From an uncultured Anaerolineales bacterium (lineage in GTDB: Bacteria > Chloroflexota > Anaerolineae > Anaerolineales > UBA11858), in contig CAZTWV010000001.1 of NCBI GenBank assembly GCA_964618295.1, positions 9,435-73,434 on the forward strand: a stretch of DNA of 64,000 nucleotides, in the 5' to 3' direction. Of this stretch, positions 8,442 to 16,338 are shown one piece after another. The position numbers were made by a program, and so were the translations under genes. The notes below the pieces were generated by a model, which made no database searches, was not told the DNA's origin, and saw only the letters and a program-made list of their open reading frames with translations. Each line of letters opens with the position of its first letter. Position 1 is the first letter of the stretch.

Positions 8442-9644
8442 ATGGAATCAGAGAACACTAACTCATCAGATCAATCAGAACTGATCACCAAAGTGGGTTC
8501 ACTTCAGGAGCTTTTGGAAAAAGCTTCGGGTGTAAAAGCCCTGGTGGACCAGGATGCCGAGGATGCCGGGATAGCGGAAAACGTTCCTTTCCCCTTTTTA
8601 GCTCTGGTCGGCCAGCAGGAAATGAAGCTCGCTTTGCTGCTGTCGCTCTTGAACCCCAATTTAGGCGGTGTGCTGTTAATTGGTCCCCGGGGAACAGGGA
8701 AAACGACTGCGGTCCGCAGTCTGGTAGATCTGCTTCCAGAAGTTCGAAGAAGTTTATGTTACTACGGCTGCCTGGAAGAGGATGTGGAAATTGGGGGAAT
8801 GGATGCGGTCTGCCCGGAATGTGCTAAAAAGTATGGCCAGGGAGTTCCGCTTTCAAAACTGGAAAAAGTGCGGTTAATCGAACTCCCGCTGAACGCGACC
8901 CTGGAGGATGTGATCGGGGGTCTGGATCCAAGAGCGAAAGCCAATTCCAGAATGCGTCTAAAACGCGGAATACTATCCAGGGCAGATCAGAATTTATTAT
9001 ATGTGGATGAAGTAAATTTGCTTTCTGATCAGGTGGTGGACGCTATTCTGGATGCTGCTGCTCAGGGACAGTACACGGTCCGCCGGGGGGCGATGTCAGC
9101 TACCTACCGCTCAGATTTTACCTTAATTGGTTCTATGAACCCGGAAGAAGGCCATTTGCGCCCGCAGATAATGGATCGATTTGGACTTCGGGTTCTGGTG
9201 AAGGGATTGGACAGCAAAGAAAACAGGTTGGATGCCTACCAGCGGACGCGGGCTTTCCTTGAAAACCGGCGGGCTTTTTCGGCCCAGTATGCTGATGCGA
9301 CCCGGATTTTCCGTCAGGAAATTCAAGCGGGAAGAGAAATTTTACGACGAGTTCAGCTGCCTGATGAGGTTGCCCGGCTTGGTCTGGATCTGGTCGAAAA
9401 AATGGAGGTTGAGTCCCTCAGGGCGGAAATCACTTTGTTTGAAGCAGCCCGGGCTCACGCGGTAGCGGATGGAAGAGAACTTGTTACAATTCAGGATCTC
9501 AAGCAGGTGGCGGGGATGGCACTGAGACTCCGCCGTTCAGAGTTTATCGAACAGTATCTGGAGCATCAGAACACTGAAGCAGAGCTTTTGAACAAGGTTC
9601 TGGATTCAATTTTAGATTCTGATGATTCTCAGGGAGCTTCTTGA
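8442..9644 (+). CDS. ChlI/BchI-type AAA+ ATPase (magnesium-chelatase subunit I family) with a Cys4 insertion
   Basis: FPFLALVGQQEMKLALLLSLLNPNLGGVLLIGPRGTGKTT (Walker A), LLYVDEVNLL (Walker B) and GSMNPEEGHLRPQIMDRFGL match the BchI/ChlI core. The inserted CYYGC-x17-CPEC looks like a zinc ribbon. No ChlD/ChlH/CobN partner lies in the window. Confidence 0.75.
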   Translation: MESENTNSSDQSELITKVGSLQELLEKASGVKALVDQDAEDAGIAENVPFPFLALVGQQEMKLALLLSLLNPNLGGVLLIGPRGTGKTTAVRSLVDLLPEVRRSLCYYGCLEEDVEIGGMDAVCPECAKKYGQGVPLSKLEKVRLIELPLNATLEDVIGGLDPRAKANSRMRLKRGILSRADQNLLYVDEVNLLSDQVVDAILDAAAQGQYTVRRGAMSATYRSDFTLIGSMNPEEGHLRPQIMDRFGLRVLVKGLDSKENRLDAYQRTRAFLENRRAFSAQYADATRIFRQEIQAGREILRRVQLPDEVARLGLDLVEKMEVESLRAEITLFEAARAHAVADGRELVTIQDLKQVAGMALRLRRSEFIEQYLEHQNTEAELLNKVLDSILDSDDSQGAS

Positions 9645-10216
9645 TGGGTAATTTGAGTGTGATTGGTGGAAAAGTGGGTGGATTTAATTTGAAATCAGTT
9701 CCGGGGGACCGCACCCGACCGGTGATGTCAATTGTCAAGGAAGCGGTTTTCAATATCGTCGCACCTTATATCCTGGATTCGAGCTGGCTGGACTTATTTG
9801 CCGGGACGGGGAGCGTGGGAATTGAGGCATTAAGCCGGGGAGCGGATTATGCCTGTTTTCTTGATAATCAACGGGCAGCTGTTGACACCATTCATGCTAA
9901 TCTAGATCACACCGGACTTTCAGAACAGGCTGATGTCTGGCAAACGGATGCGTTTGGTTACCTGCAAGGGGCACCTACTCGTAAGTATGATTTCATTTAT
10001 GTCGCACCGCCTCAGTACCATGGTTTGTGGATGAAAGCCCTGGATCGGATCGACCAGAATCCTTCCTGGCTTTATGCTGACGGGTGGGTAATTGTGCAAA
10101 TTGACAAAACTGAGTACGACCCCCGGGATCTTGAGAATATGCATTTATTTGACAGCCGTAAATACGGCAGCACCCAGGTGCTGTTTTATGCTTTAAATGA
10201 AGTAGATGGGGCCTAA
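9644..10216 (+). CDS. rsmD: 16S rRNA (guanine966-N2)-methyltransferase RsmD
   Basis: RPVMSIVKEAVFNIV ... LDLFAGTGSVGIEALSRGA ... FIYVAPP(Q)Y is typical RsmD (DPPY-type motif). The ATG at 9644 overlaps the upstream stop (TGATG). Confidence 0.85.
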   Translation: MGNLSVIGGKVGGFNLKSVPGDRTRPVMSIVKEAVFNIVAPYILDSSWLDLFAGTGSVGIEALSRGADYACFLDNQRAAVDTIHANLDHTGLSEQADVWQTDAFGYLQGAPTRKYDFIYVAPPQYHGLWMKALDRIDQNPSWLYADGWVIVQIDKTEYDPRDLENMHLFDSRKYGSTQVLFYALNEVDGA

Positions 10217-10722
10217 TCTAACTTCCCGAATCGGACCTGAATTTTCCCAGTCGAATCATAATAATAATGAGCTGAAAATGGGGGGTGTTCCCTGGAATGA
10301 CTGAGTACTTTCGGAAGTAAAATCTCAAGATCCTCCACCAACGGCAGGGAAGAGCATTGTTCAAACGGAACCCATTCCAGGTTTCCTTCCGGGGAGGGGT
10401 GTGGTTCTCCTGCACTGCAGGTCCCTTGATAGACATAAATCCCGATTCCAATCGACTGTTGGGTATCTACTGTGACTGTCCCGCAGAGCCAGAGTGTATC
10501 CGGGACAAGCCCGGTTTCCTCCAGCAGCTCCCTTTTTGCGGATGAAAGGATATCTTCCCCAGCTTCAACATGTCCCCCCACACCATTGTACTGGTTTGGC
10601 CAGAGTCGTTTGTTAGGTGCACCTTTCAGAAGTAAAACTGATTCCCCGCGCGTCAGAAAGGTCAACGTGCGGGGAATCAGTAGATATCGGTCAGAAGATA
10701 CACCCTGGTCGGAAACAGGCAT
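10213..10722 (-). CDS. NUDIX hydrolase
   Basis: Nudix box GGHVEAGEDILSSAKRELLEETGL. Start trimmed to the internal Met at 10720-10722, directly after the aldolase stop. Confidence 0.8.
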   Translation of the reverse strand: MPVSDQGVSSDRYLLIPRTLTFLTRGESVLLLKGAPNKRLWPNQYNGVGGHVEAGEDILSSAKRELLEETGLVPDTLWLCGTVTVDTQQSIGIGIYVYQGTCSAGEPHPSPEGNLEWVPFEQCSSLPLVEDLEILLPKVLSHSREHPPFSAHYYYDSTGKIQVRFGKLD

Positions 10723-10723
10723 A

Positions 10724-12148
10724 CTAGTCTGCGAGGTCGGATGTGTCTTCTGCTTCAACCCCACCGAGCATGTAATCCTCTAAGTGAGGCTGTACCCCTA
10801 CAAGCTGGATCGTTTCGTCCACAAATTTCCGGGTATCCGGGAGTCCAAGACGTTCGAAAAGATCCCGAAACTGGTTTTCCCAGGCCTGGTAGATTTCATT
10901 CAATTTTTCTTCTGATACATTCCAGATCTTGTTCTTGAAAACACCCAGGGTGCGTTTCCGGGTTTTGTAGTAAAACTGTTCGTCCGTTTGCCCTTCCTTG
11001 CGCTCATGGTCGTGATTTTGATCCAGGTAGGTGTAAATTTCCTGGACGAGATCTTCGGGCAGATGATCATAGAGTATATTCTGGAAATTTGTTGCCAGGT
11101 GAACTTCCAAAGCCTCCGCTTCAACAAATTTATTGAAGGCACTTTCTGGCAGGGTGGACGCGCCGTGTTGGACAGCACCTCCCATCCCATAGCTTTCCCG
11201 GGCTACCTCGCCCAGTTCTTGGAGTACATCAAAGGCCACAGCAACTTTCTTAATGCTGCCATCCGGGAGAACAACCCCACCGTGTGAGGTCCCGGTCAGG
11301 ACGCTGATTTTGCTCAATCCCTCTGTGCCAGGGGCGATTTTTTCCAGTTCTTCCAGATAGCCATCCATGAATGCCCGGAGCTCTTCCACGGTGGAGTTAT
11401 GCTCTCCGACTTCTCCAATTTCACCCCCGATGGAAACCGTTACACCTTCAGGCTCCAGATCCCGGATGTATTTTGAAAACATGGCTGTTAATTCCGAGTT
11501 GAGCTGCTGCTGTTCCGGAACGGTTGGTTTGCTGAGGTCTACCAGGGTGGAAGGATCCACGTCAATATTGTAGAAACCGGCAGCAATTGCCTCGCTTGTC
11601 AAATCTTTGAGGGCTTGTATTTCCGATTCTGGATCGGACTTGTATCGTCCGGCAGATATCTGGTAGTGGTCGCCTTGAATGAAAACCGGACCCTGGTAGC
11701 CGGTGGAGATTGCTGCACCGAGAACATTGGCTACATATTCTGAAGGCCGCTGATCGGTGTAACCGGTTTCGGAGCGGGCGATCTCGAAGATAAATGCTCC
11801 TGCATTGATTTCCTCGGCGACCTTAAAGATTGCCTGAGCTGCATAAAAAGTCAAACTGCGCAGATTGATCGCAGGTGTGGTGAAGCTGTTCGGAACTTCA
11901 CCGCGCCCTCTGGCCAAGTAAAGATCGTGTATAGAGCTGGGATAAATCCCCAGGGCAAGGGCAATTTTCCGGATCAGATACCGGGCAATATATTGGTGAT
12001 TTTCATTATCGTCCAGTACAGCGCTCCGGACAAGATTCTGGATATTTTTTTGAAGTGATTCTTGATCAACAATATTGATTTCACCATCAACCAGTTCAAC
12101 ACTGCCGTTCAGCTGTTGTAATAATTTCTGCTGCTGTTCTAATGACAT
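10724..12148 (-). CDS. Class II fructose-bisphosphate aldolase family protein (long form)
   Basis: F_bP_aldolase-type motifs: VFIQGDH, NIDVD, SIGGEIGEVG, GTSHGG, VQHGAST. Start set to MSLEQQ (ATG 12146-12148), preceded by AGAGGAG. The track start at 12283 adds 45 residues with no similarity. Confidence 0.75.
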   Translation of the reverse strand: MSLEQQQKLLQQLNGSVELVDGEINIVDQESLQKNIQNLVRSAVLDDNENHQYIARYLIRKIALALGIYPSSIHDLYLARGRGEVPNSFTTPAINLRSLTFYAAQAIFKVAEEINAGAFIFEIARSETGYTDQRPSEYVANVLGAAISTGYQGPVFIQGDHYQISAGRYKSDPESEIQALKDLTSEAIAAGFYNIDVDPSTLVDLSKPTVPEQQQLNSELTAMFSKYIRDLEPEGVTVSIGGEIGEVGEHNSTVEELRAFMDGYLEELEKIAPGTEGLSKISVLTGTSHGGVVLPDGSIKKVAVAFDVLQELGEVARESYGMGGAVQHGASTLPESAFNKFVEAEALEVHLATNFQNILYDHLPEDLVQEIYTYLDQNHDHERKEGQTDEQFYYKTRKRTLGVFKNKIWNVSEEKLNEIYQAWENQFRDLFERLGLPDTRKFVDETIQLVGVQPHLEDYMLGGVEAEDTSDLAD

Positions 12149-12301
12149 GACTTCTCCTCTATTTCCAATGATAAACGTCATGTACATTATAAACCTTCCA
12201 ACGCTTGAGACAAGATATTCACCCCAGGCAGACCCGGTTTGCGGTACAAGAATCGTTCTGATAATCCCGAAAAATTTGAGCAAAATTTACGACAAGCCTG
12301 A

Positions 12302-12329
12302 TTGAAAACTTATCTGGGCAAGGTATAAT
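12302..12329 (+). promoter_or_regulatory. Sigma70-type promoter for the helical-protein/SPFH operon
   Basis: TTGAAA (12302-12307), a 16-nt spacer, then TATAAT (12324-12329), about 40 nt upstream of the start codon. Confidence 0.55.
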
Positions 12330-12368
12330 CAAAGTGGCAGATTATCAGGTAGTGCAAGAGGAGGCGTG

Positions 12369-12884
12369 ATGAGTGATTTTCAAAGTCAAATTGAAGGGGA
12401 ACGCGGAAAACTGAAAGAGCTCCTGCTGCAGATCCCGGGATTTAAAGGGTACATCGAAATGGAGGACCGCAGAACAGCTGATAAGCTGCTTCGTGAGACG
12501 ATTGCGGACCGGTATCAGGAAGTAATTGACCGGCTTTCTGGACTGCAGTCAGACCTGGTTGACCAGGGTGCGCTCGAATGGTTGGACGATCTGGAGGCGG
12601 TTGTCGTTAAGCTGAGGACATTTATTGACCGGATCCGGAATGCCACCTACGGGTACAGCAGCTTTTTCTCAGCTGTCAAAGTCGATCCTGAAAAGCTGGA
12701 TAAAATCTATGAATATGATCTTGCTCTCCTGGATGGAATTTCAGGGCTTGAGGCACTGCTTGGGGACCTGGAAGAAGCTGGTGAGGAAGTACAAATCTCA
12801 GAGACAATTTCGGACTTGAAAAAACTGGCAGCAGAAATCGTTAAACGGGGCGATCAGCGCTCAGAAGTGGTCACCAAAGAATAA
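12369..12884 (+). CDS. Hypothetical all-helical acidic protein (171 aa), first gene of the SPFH operon
   Basis: ORF with AGAGGAGG 4 nt upstream. Heptad-like, Glu/Leu/Asp-rich sequence with no TM segment. I recognise no family. Confidence 0.5.
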   Translation: MSDFQSQIEGERGKLKELLLQIPGFKGYIEMEDRRTADKLLRETIADRYQEVIDRLSGLQSDLVDQGALEWLDDLEAVVVKLRTFIDRIRNATYGYSSFFSAVKVDPEKLDKIYEYDLALLDGISGLEALLGDLEEAGEEVQISETISDLKKLAAEIVKRGDQRSEVVTKE

Positions 12885-12904
12885 TCATTATTGAGGAGTT
12901 AAAC

Positions 12905-13945
12905 ATGACAAGAATTTTTGATGTAATTGAATACCCCAATGAGATGAAGGATGAGCTGATTCACCGCTTCCCAGAGGGTGAATCAGGTGATTTCCGGATA
13001 GGCTCCCAGGTGATCGTCCGTGAGTCCCAGACAGCGGTTTTTTTCCGGGATGGAAAAGCCCTGGATGTTTTCGGACCCGGCCGTCATACAATCACCACAG
13101 CGAATATTCCGCTCTTGATCAATGTGGTAGAAAAAGCATTCTCAGACCGGACACCTTTTACAGCTGAGGTGTATTTTGTGTCACGGAGGGAGTTCCCGGA
13201 TCAGAAATGGGGTACACCTCAGCCGATTATTGTTCGCAATCCTGGTATGGGGCTGGGTATCGCTCTGCTGAAAGGTTTTGGCACCTACGGCTACAAGATT
13301 TCTGAGCCGCAGCAGTTTGTGACCCAATTAGTTGGAGCCCAGGGGGTCTTCCGGACCTCGGATATCGAAAGTCGACTGCGCCATATTTTGCTGACCTCAA
13401 TGACAGATCTGCTGGGAGAGACTGCCAAAGATAATGATGTCACCAATCTGGTGGGGATGCTGAATGAACTCAGCGCCAGCGTCCGGGCCAAAGCTTCTGA
13501 TCAGTTTGCTTCGCTCGGTCTCGATCTGAAGACCTTCTTGATTGCGAATCTCCGCCCCTCAGAGCAGTCCATTCAGGAACTGCGAGATATGGGTGTGCTT
13601 GATACCGAGACCTATACTCGTTTGCAGGCAGCGGATGCTCTGCTGGAAGCAGCTCAAAACCCGAGCGGAGGAGCCGGTTTAACTGCCGGGATCGGGGCTG
13701 GGATGGGAGTTGGTAACTTATTGAACCAATCTCTTCAAGGTATGACGGCGGGTGGAAGCGCTCCCGCAGCCGCAGGAGGGGGAGGTATCCCAGATGTGAT
13801 GAGTGCTGCCGAAGCTGCGCAGGTTTTAAAGGTAGCAGAAGAGGATGTAATCGCAGCTATCGACGCTGGAGATTTGAAAGGTAAGAAGCTGGGAAATGCC
13901 TACCGGATTAGCAAAGATGCCCTGATGGCTTTTTTGAATGACTAG
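12905..13945 (+). CDS. SPFH-domain protein of the YdjI / COG4260 type fused to a C-terminal excisionase-type helix-turn-helix
   Basis: The N-terminal ~230 aa (IFDVIEYPNEMKDELIHRFPEG...IGSQVIVRESQTAVFFRDGKALDVFGPGRHTITTANIPLL...AEVYFVSRREFPDQKWGTPQPI) fit the YdjI-like SPFH pattern. A Gly/Ala-rich linker follows (GGAGLTAGIGAGMGVG...APAAAGGGG). The C-terminal MSAAEAAQVLKVAEEDVIAAIDAGDLKGKKLGNAYRISKDALMAFL fits HTH_17/excisionase. Confidence 0.7.
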   Translation: MTRIFDVIEYPNEMKDELIHRFPEGESGDFRIGSQVIVRESQTAVFFRDGKALDVFGPGRHTITTANIPLLINVVEKAFSDRTPFTAEVYFVSRREFPDQKWGTPQPIIVRNPGMGLGIALLKGFGTYGYKISEPQQFVTQLVGAQGVFRTSDIESRLRHILLTSMTDLLGETAKDNDVTNLVGMLNELSASVRAKASDQFASLGLDLKTFLIANLRPSEQSIQELRDMGVLDTETYTRLQAADALLEAAQNPSGGAGLTAGIGAGMGVGNLLNQSLQGMTAGGSAPAAAGGGGIPDVMSAAEAAQVLKVAEEDVIAAIDAGDLKGKKLGNAYRISKDALMAFLND

Positions 13946-13966
13946 TTGAAGCTCATCCTGGAAATT

Positions 13967-14003
13967 AAAAAGGCCCCGGTTATTTCAATCCGGGGCCTTT
14001 TTT
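13967..14003. terminator. Bidirectional rho-independent terminator between convergent genes
   Basis: AAAAA-GGCCCCGG-(10-nt loop)-CCGGGGCC-TTTTTT. The A-tract and T-tract flank a GC stem, so it can serve both the SPFH gene (+) and the NERD gene (-). Confidence 0.85.
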
Positions 14004-14023
14004 GTTTGTTACTCCGCAAGGGT

Positions 14024-14725
14024 TTAGTCTTCAATTGGTAAACCAAGCGCATCCTGGATTGTTTTTACCACCGTCATCGAAAGCGCCCGGTCACTCTTTG
14101 CTTCTTTCCGGACATATTTTTTGACCTGGGAGATGTGGAGGGTTGCCTCAGGAGCATTTTCTGCCTCTACTTCCGCCTTTTCATTGCTGAAAATCAACAC
14201 AGCCCGCAGCTCAGGAAGTTCAAAATCCGGGATTTTTGAGAGCTGATTGGTGAGATCTTTTTTCGCTGCTGTAATGTCCAGGGATGGGCGTCCGATGCTG
14301 TCCTGGGCAAAAAAGCGCAGGTATGCATTTCCCCCTGCTCTATTCCAGCGTTCTTTTTTCTCGTCATAGGTGATCTTCCCTTTTTGGTAATAAGGAAGCA
14401 GGATCAGGACCCCGGCAGGTCCGACTAAGAGGTGGGATACAGCCGTGCGGTAGTGATAGAGAACGTACCGATCATCGAGCCCCTTTAACGCATTATCTAT
14501 TTCCTGGTCGGGGCGAGGCGATCGTCCAAAGCGATTGGTATAGAAAACACTGATTTGAGAAAGAGTGAAGCCAAATATCAGTGCCAAAAACGAAAATAAG
14601 ATCTGTTCTTGATAGCGGAAGCTGATATACATGCCACCACCAAGGATCAGAATTGCAAGATATCCACTGTACTGGCCCAGTGTTTTTCTGCGCTTGATAT
14701 ATCGGTCATTTCGGGAAATTTTCAT
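14024..14725 (-). CDS. Membrane-anchored NERD (nuclease-related) domain protein
   Basis: Two N-terminal TM helices, then ALKGLDDRYVLYHYRTAVSHLLVGPAGVLILLPYYQKGKITYDEKKERW, which fits the NERD core pattern (DH-hydrophobic strand, GV-hydrophobic, K-x-G). Confidence 0.55.
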   Translation of the reverse strand: MKISRNDRYIKRRKTLGQYSGYLAILILGGGMYISFRYQEQILFSFLALIFGFTLSQISVFYTNRFGRSPRPDQEIDNALKGLDDRYVLYHYRTAVSHLLVGPAGVLILLPYYQKGKITYDEKKERWNRAGGNAYLRFFAQDSIGRPSLDITAAKKDLTNQLSKIPDFELPELRAVLIFSNEKAEVEAENAPEATLHISQVKKYVRKEAKSDRALSMTVVKTIQDALGLPIED

Positions 14726-14747
14726 CTGATGTTTCCTCTCATTTTGG

Positions 14748-15737
14748 TTAGAGCTGAGTTTGGATTGCTTCCTTTAATGAGGGAAGCAGGTTGGCTTGAA
14801 CTGCCTGATGTGCCAGTTTGAGAGCATTTACCAGGGCAGTTGAATCTGATTGCCCGTGTCCGACAAAGATCAGTCCATTAATGCCGAGTAAGGGGGCAGC
14901 CCCAATCCGGCGGGGGTCCATTTTTGTTTTGACTTCGGAAAATGCCGGCATGGCCAGTCCCGCTCCAAGTTTCGTTCTGAGGGATGACGTCAGCTCAGTT
15001 TTAAGAATATCCAGGAGAAATTTTGAGACCGCTTCGCTGGTTTTGATCAGGATATTTCCGGTAAAACCGTCAAACACCACAACATCAACATCCCCGCCAA
15101 AAACTTCCTTTGGCTCAACGTTCCCGGTGAAATTAAGATTGGATTCCTGAAAGAGGGGGAAAGTTTCCTTGACGAGCGAATTGCCTTTGCCTTCCTCCTC
15201 ACCGTTCGATAACAGTCCAACGCGGGGATTGGAATTCCCAAGGACTTTTTCGGCATAGATTGATCCCATGACACCGAACTGGAGAAGGTAAAGCGGTTTA
15301 CAGTCTGCGTTGGCTCCGATATCCAGAGCAATGACCGATCCGGTTCGGGTTGGTAGAATGGTTGTCAGGGCCGGACGCTTGACTCCCCGGATCCGTCCCA
15401 GTCGAAAAAGCCCATTTGCCATCGCTCCACCTGTATTGCCGGCTGTCACAAAAGCCTCCGCCTGGCCGGTTTTGACAAGCTCCATGCCCACAGCCATCGA
15501 ATTCTCGGCTTTCTTGCGGGCATTGCGAGCAGGCTTATCGGTCATTTCGAGTACATCCGGGGCATGAACCAATCTAACCAGAGCGGAATCTGAGTGCTGG
15601 TTCATCAAAGGTTTTAACTTTTCTTCCTGACCAACAAGAATGATCTCTTCTTGAAGCTCCCTGGCTGCTAAATAAGCAGCTTTGACTTCTGGTTCAGGAT
15701 AATTATCGCTTCCCATAGCGTCTAACACAATCGTCAT
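14748..15737 (-). CDS. plsX: Phosphate acyltransferase PlsX
   Basis: IVLDAMGSDNYPEPEVKAA ... AFVTAGNTGG ... LLGINGLIFVGHGQSD are canonical PlsX blocks. Confidence 0.9.
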   Translation of the reverse strand: MTIVLDAMGSDNYPEPEVKAAYLAARELQEEIILVGQEEKLKPLMNQHSDSALVRLVHAPDVLEMTDKPARNARKKAENSMAVGMELVKTGQAEAFVTAGNTGGAMANGLFRLGRIRGVKRPALTTILPTRTGSVIALDIGANADCKPLYLLQFGVMGSIYAEKVLGNSNPRVGLLSNGEEEGKGNSLVKETFPLFQESNLNFTGNVEPKEVFGGDVDVVVFDGFTGNILIKTSEAVSKFLLDILKTELTSSLRTKLGAGLAMPAFSEVKTKMDPRRIGAAPLLGINGLIFVGHGQSDSTALVNALKLAHQAVQANLLPSLKEAIQTQL

Positions 15738-15768
15738 CGCAGCTCTCCTTCGCTGAAGATCACAAGTC

Positions 15769-15796
15769 TTGACAAGCTTCTCTGGGAGATTATAAT
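15769..15796 (+). promoter_or_regulatory. Consensus sigma70 promoter for tRNA-Leu
   Basis: TTGACA (15769-15774), a 16-nt spacer, then TATAAT (15791-15796), about 46 nt upstream of the tRNA 5' end. Confidence 0.7.
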
Positions 15797-15842
15797 ACCT
15801 CTGCTTCCAAGAGGATAGTCAACCTTCCTTGATACGAAGACT

Positions 15843-15926
15843 GCGCTGGTGCTGGAACTGGCAGACAGGTATGGTTGAGGGCCATATGCCTTAACAGGCG
15901 TGCGGGTTCGATTCCCGCCCAGCGCA
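15843..15926 (+). tRNA. tRNA-Leu (anticodon GAG), type II with long variable arm
   Basis: Hand-folded cloverleaf. Acceptor GCGCTGG/CCAGCGC, D-arm CTG-GAACTGGCAGA-CAG, anticodon stem TATGG/CCATA with loop TTGAGGG, variable arm GCCT-TAAC-AGGC, T-arm GCGGG-TTCGATT-CCCGC, discriminator A. CCA is not encoded. Confidence 0.9.
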
Positions 15927-15927
15927 C

Positions 15928-15956
15928 AAAAAAAACCGCTGCAAAGCGGTTTTTTC
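15928..15956. terminator. Bidirectional terminator after tRNA-Leu and the DUF2892 gene
   Basis: AAAAAAAA-ACCGCT-GCAA-AGCGGT-TTTTT lies directly after the tRNA and 35 nt from the stop of the convergent gene. Confidence 0.8.
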
Positions 15957-15990
15957 TATTAAGTAGTGAACCTGACAAGTTCAGTCAGGA

Positions 15991-16212
15991 TTACTCTGAA
16001 TTACCGTCTTTTTTCACTGTGCTGAATGAAAACGGAGTATAAAGGGGGCAAAACGAGACCAAACTGGTGAGCAGAAAGACTGCCGCCAGAATCAACAGTA
16101 TGATCCCCAGCGTACCGCTGACAATTCCTGTGAAATAGAGTATTGTCACAGCTACAGCAGCGCTGATTCTTATAATTCGATCGACCAGGCCCATATTTTT
16201 CTTTAATTTCAT
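15991..16212 (-). CDS. DUF2892 (YgaP-like) small membrane protein
   Basis: MGLVDRIIRISAAVAV...LVSFCPLY is the characteristic DUF2892 pattern (two TM helices, CP-hydrophobic-Y ending). Confidence 0.7.
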   Translation of the reverse strand: MKLKKNMGLVDRIIRISAAVAVTILYFTGIVSGTLGIILLILAAVFLLTSLVSFCPLYTPFSFSTVKKDGNSE

Positions 16213-16264
16213 GACTACTCCTTTTTGATTAGTTAGTTAATTAGATGGTTATTCTCCCTAAAAG

Positions 16265-16292
16265 TTACACTGGATCTTCAAATTGCTATAAT
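16265..16292 (+). promoter_or_regulatory. Promoter with extended -10
   Basis: TTACAC (16265-16270), a 16-nt spacer, then TGcTATAAT (16284-16292). Confidence 0.5.
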
Positions 16293-16338
16293 ATGTAGAA
16301 AGGATTATACAATAATTACAAATCTGGAGGAGGAATTG

